This document shows, piece by piece, positions 58,662 through 64,000 of a stretch of DNA of 64,000 bases. The notes under the pieces were generated by a model that worked only from the letters and a program-made list of their open reading frames with translations, ran no database searches and had not been told where the DNA came from. The number at the start of each line of letters is the position of its first letter. The first letter of the stretch is position 1. The stretch is from the human T2T-CHM13v2.0 reference genome, Homo sapiens. Both the position numbers and the translations under genes were made by a program. Where the stretch lies: NCBI RefSeq assembly GCF_009914755.1, contig NC_060929.1; one strand, given 5' to 3'.

Positions 58662-59027
58662 TGTATTAGTCCATTTCCACACTGCTGATAAAGACATACC
58701 CAAGACTGGGCAATTTACAAAAGAAAGAGGTTTATTGGACTTACTGTTCCACATGGCTGGGGAGGCCTCCCAATCATGGTGGAAGGCAAGGAGCAGCAAG
58801 TAACATCTTACATGGATGGCAGCAGGCAAAGAGAGAGCTTGTGCAGAGAAACTCCCGTTTTTAAAACCATCAGATCTCGTGAGACCCATTCACTCTCACA
58901 AGAACAGCATGGGAAAGACCTGCCCCCATGACTCAGTCATCTCCCACCAGGTCCCTCCCACAACACATGGGAATTATGGGAGCTACAAGATGAGATTTGG
59001 GTGGGGACACAGAGCCAAACCATATCA
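58662..59027 (-). mobile_element. THE1 (B-like) solo LTR
   Basis: Minus strand starts TGATATGGTTTGGCTCTGTGTCCCCACCC; 5-bp TSD CCAGG. Confidence 0.92.
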
Positions 59028-59347
59028 CCAGGATTACATTAGATTAATCATGACTTAACCAATTAGGAAATGAGTGCATTCATAAATAAAATTATGGTTC
59101 TGCCCAACAAGAATGAAGGGAGGATTGGCTATTGGGTGGGTCAGCAATAGTGTCTGCTACACACTTGCTTAGTGTTTTCAGGTTTCCATGCCTTTCTACT
59201 ATCTTAATTTTCCTCACAACCACCCTATGAAGTTAGCAGGAGAAATAGCTACATTTTTGAGATGATGAAACTGAATCTCAAAAATGTAAATTATCTTAGC
59301 CATGGTTATACTGCCTGTTGAGTAATGGAGCCAGGACTTGAATCTAG

Positions 59348-59672
<325 letters not shown>

Positions 59673-60928
59673 TAAAATTAGAATTTTTTAAAAAACTATG
59701 TCCCTATAAATATAATTTCTATTAACAAAGTGTTACTTATCATAATTTTTAGAACTCCACATTGAAAGATCCTCCAGATAACAATTCTTATTTAAAGCTT
59801 TCTCTTACTTTCCCCTCTAACAAATACAACCAGTTCATTCTCTCCAGTTGACGTCTTTTCAATACAGGCCACTACACCAATAGATTATCCTGTGCTCTTA
59901 TTCAAAGAATTGTTCTGCTAAGGATTGTGCATTCCTACTAATGAGTTTGTTGTAGATTTTGTGGAATTAAGGAGAATGCAGTAGAATTTTAAATTATCTG
60001 TCTTTATCTCTAATGGCTTTTCATTCATAATTATAGTTTTGTAATGAGTGCATTTGTGATGACAGAAATCCACCATAACATATTCCATTGTCTGAATTAG
60101 CTTCAGACCCTTATTTAATGACTTATTAATCAACCACAGTCAGCCAACACTGTATCACATTAGATCTGTGAACAACACAGGCAAAGAATTTTTCTTTTCT
60201 CTCTATGTAACCCGTGGAGCAATGTTTAACAATAGGAATCTGTTCAAACATCCATCCACAGTTCCATTACATCTGCAGTTCTATTAGTAAAGGTCAGCCT
60301 AGGTTAGTTCACTGTCAGCAGCCAGAAAGGTGCAAGAATAGATGAGCTTAATTGCTGTATCTTTACTATCACTATGACTATTTAGAATGCAGGTAAGTAA
60401 GGCGTCCAAGATACTAAATCTCCATTTAGGTTACCAAGAAGCATTAGTTAAGTTTCGATTCTTACCGAGAGCCAACCTAATTATTACTACTACGGATGAG
60501 CACATCTAAGACACTTCCTAAATCAGTAATCAGTAATATGTATTATAATTACTTTACCACCTATTCCACTTCTACCATTCTTAGGATTTAGGCAGTTAAT
60601 CAACGAATATAATATCCCATTGGGAATTCGTAGCCAGTATCTACAGATACAGAACAACAATATTATGTCTTTATCTAGACAAAGTATGAAAATGCTAAAA
60701 TAAATGTATAATTTTATTAGCTTACTTGTGTATGGAGAGCAAGGATTCTCAACCTTGCTGCACAGTGGAATCACCTGGAGAACATTACAAAATATTCATG
60801 CCTGGGTTCCACCCAGAAGCTAATATAATTGGCATAGGGAGCAGCCTGGACACAAATTTTTAAGTTTCCCAGATGATTGTAATGTGCCCCACAAAGTTAA
60901 GAAAAGCCATGGTCTGTAATTACATGGG

Positions 60929-60954
60929 GTGAGTGAGAGAGAGAGAGAGAGAGA

Positions 60955-60998
<44 letters not shown>
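60929..60998. repeat. Compound (GA)n(GT)n microsatellite
   Basis: Directly visible. Confidence 0.96.
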
Positions 60999-61001
<3 letters not shown>

Positions 61002-61066
61002 ATGGGGGCAGTCAGGAAGAGAGGGTGAGAAATTAAAAGTCTTTGGACATAAAATTCGTCAGGCGG

Positions 61067-61362
61067 GGCCGAGTAAGGTAGCTCATGCCTGTAATCCCGG
61101 CACTTTGGGAGGCCGAGGCAGGCGGATCATGAGGTCAAGAGATCGAGACCATCCTGGCCAATGTGGTGAAACCCTGCCTCTACTAAAAATACAAAAATTA
61201 GCCAGGGGTGGTGGCGTGCACCTGTAGTCCCAGCTACTCAGGAGGCTGAGGAGAATCGCTTGAACCCAGGAGGCGGAGGTTGCAGTGAGCTGAGATCACG
61301 CCACTGCACTCTAGCCTGGCGAGAGAGCGAAGACTCCATCTCAAAAAAAAAAAAAAAAAAAA
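61067..61362 (+). mobile_element. AluSc-like
   Basis: GAGGTCAAGAGATCGAGACCATCC; TSD AAAATT(C/G)GTCAGGCGGG. Confidence 0.92.
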
Positions 61363-63219
61363 ATTGGTCAGGCGGGACCTCAACTTTCCTGGTAGGAAAA
61401 TGATGTTTAAAATTCTGAACACTGAAATCAAATTAATATATAAATGCATTATTTTATTTGGTACTCACATATTTTATTCTTCTTACAAGTTAAACCCTGT
61501 TTCAAGTGCTAAGGATTCAAAGATGCCTTTTCTCTTAGGAAGTCTTAATTAGCAATGGAAATTTCCTGATTAAGACGGAATGAAAAGGCTTATCGTTTTC
61601 CCCACCTGGCTGAAATCTGGAACCTTAATTTAAATTATTATGATTTTATTCCACAGACGCTAAAATAAACTTAAGTAATTGACATATTTTGAACATATAT
61701 GGTTTTGTTTCACCTTCATATTCTTGGGATAAACTATATGGCACATGCACTTTTTAATTCTTGTACTTCTGTACATAGTTTCTTGTGTTAACTTCTGTTT
61801 AATGAAATTTTGTAAAGATTCCTGAGCCTAACTAATAGATTTTAGAGTCTTATTACTGCTTGGCACTCTGTAGGTCTGTGCACCTGCCAATGAAACTTGA
61901 ATTCTTCAGTGGCATGGCCTTTCTTATTGTTGCTAGTGGTCAGCATTCACTAGATAACTAAATTAGCTCTTAAACTGAAAAAGAAAATCTATAATGTGTC
62001 TTCTTTCTAGAGTAGAAAATAACAGCAGAAGAATTCACAATAGTCTAGATACATTGCCATAGCCACAGATCCTGCCTTTTTTTCCAATTAGCAAAGGGTT
62101 TCTCTGGGAACTAAATTACTATTCCTCATTCATCCATCTGCTTCCTTCCTCCTTGCATTCAGGGAAAGTATAAAAGTTACTTTGTACACAATACTAGACA
62201 TGACAAGAAGTTGCCAAGATTTTCTAAACCAGCCCTTTAAAAGGGCTAGTATACCTTTTTTCCTTCATAAAAATTTAAACATGTTTTAACCGAACAATTT
62301 CCAAAAACAGTTAATCATTTCCACATAGTATTTGCCAGCTTTTAAGCCTGCTTTTTAAATGTTCATGAGCCCAACTTATTTTTCTAGCTCCTTTGACTAC
62401 AGAAGACCCTCTGAATGGTAAAAAGAAAAAGAAAACAAAACTTTTCTGCTCCGTTTTTCAACTTGGAGTAGACAAATTCTAATACCCTATGCACATGTCC
62501 ACAGAGGGCTTTTCTTAGGCAATGACTGCATAATCAAACATATATTTTTCTTCTTTTGTTTTACAAAAAAAACTTTAATTTTTTTCTTCTTTGTACTCTA
62601 AGAGTCAAAACTTCCCTACATGTGTTATGCTGATTGTTTTGTTACTCAAACAGAAAAAAACAGCATTTCTTTAAAATGTTTTTCATACAAGTAATTATAG
62701 TACATTATACAGAATTAGGGAAATATATGGGGGGGAATCACCTAAAATTTTACCACCTTTTAAATCATTCTTAGCATTTTGATGTATTCCTACCAGTCTT
62801 TTTTTTTCTGTACACCTACATCCGCACATAATCATACTGCAGATTCATTTTTGTGCTACGTGTTTTCCAGTTACAATAGCCTAGACATTTTCCATGTTAA
62901 TGTACAGCGTTCATATCTATTTTTCTCATTAACTTCTTTCCATTCTTTAAGTCTTAGTGCAAAGGTCACACCTTTAATTAGCAATGCCTGTCTTAACATT
63001 TCAAACTAGGTCTGGTTCCCTTGTTATTTGCTTTTACAGAATCATATTCCTTTCCTATACAGCAATAACCAGAAGTGTAATGATTTCATCATCTGTCTTC
63101 CCCATAAGGTGTAAGCTCTATGAGAACCAAGACCATGTCTACCTACTTTTGCCTATCATTATGTAACCTGAACAAACCCTGGAACATAGTAGACACTCAC
63201 ATTTGACAAATAGAGTAAT

Positions 63220-64000
63220 GGTCAGTTAATGATAGCGACACATTCTGAGAAATGTGTTGTCAGGTGATTTTGTCATTGTGCCATTGTAGAGGGTACTTAC
63301 ACAACCTAGATGGTATAGTCTACTACACACCTAGGCTATATGGTCTAGCCCATTGCTCCTAGTCTACCAATCCAGATAGCATGTTACTCTACTGACTACT
63401 GTAGGCAATTGTAACACAATGGTAAGTATTTGTGTATCTAAACATAGAAAAGGTACAGTAAAGATACAGTATGAAAGATTTTTAAAAGGGTCTACTTGTA
63501 TAGAGCACTTACCATGAATGTAGCCTGAAGGACTAGAAGTTGCTCTGGGTGAGTCAGTGAGTGAGAGGTGAGTGAATGTGAAGGCCTGGGACATTACTGT
63601 CCACTCCAGTAAACTTTATAAACATTGTATACTTAGGTTACACTAAATTTATTTTAAAATTTTTTCTTTCTTCAATCATAAATTAACCTTAGCTTATTAT
63701 AATTCTTTTACCTTATCAACTTTTTAATTTTAAAAAATTTTTTGACTTTTAATAACACATCTTAAAACATATGTTTTACAACTGTACAAAAATGTTTTCT
63801 TTATATACTTATTCTATGAGCCTTTTTCTATTTTTAGAGTTTTCTATTTTTATTGTTTTACTTTTTAAATGTTTTTGTTAAAAACTAAGACATGAACATA
63901 CACACTAGCTTAGGCCTACACAGGGTCAGGATCATCAATATCACTATCTTCCACTTCCATATCTTGTCCCATCAGGAGGTCTTCAGGGGCAATAACACAT
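63220..64000. mobile_element. Tigger3 (Golem) DNA transposon, running off the window
   Basis: TTCTGAGAAATGTGTTGTCAGGTGATTTTGTCATTGTG and ACAACCTAGATGGTATAG...CCTAGGCTATATGG. Confidence 0.8.

Overview
Primate (human-like) genomic DNA containing the 5' half of WDR41 on the minus strand. WDR41 is the WD40 subunit of the C9orf72-SMCR8-WDR41 complex. The window holds a CpG-island promoter (~40.5-41.2 kb) and six coding exons: 40772-40822, 38059-38174, 13370-13418, 11703-11834, 7670-7732 and 2425-2536. They splice in frame to give 174 codons plus 1 nt, MLRWLIGGGREPQGLAEKSPLQ...HLSDT; later exons lie beyond the left edge. Intron 4 is a GT-AG U12-type (minor spliceosome) intron. Most of the remainder is transposon-derived: four primate L1PA copies (all antisense to WDR41, two full-length), old L1M fragments, many Alus, a solo HERV-H LTR7 in intron 1, other LTRs and DNA transposons. 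No prokaryote-type system, CRISPR array or RNA gene was seen. The most notable observation is that neighbouring L1s of different subfamilies share about a dozen rare substitutions, including the same ORF2 stop codon, in a fine mosaic, which suggests short-tract non-allelic gene conversion. Other leads are a strong-context out-of-frame ATG 8 nt downstream of the weak WDR41 start, a hairpin beside the U12 donor, an L1 antisense promoter pointing at exon 3, and LTR7 pointing into the promoter. Repeat subfamily calls and consensus comparisons are from memory, and most repeat boundaries are approximate.
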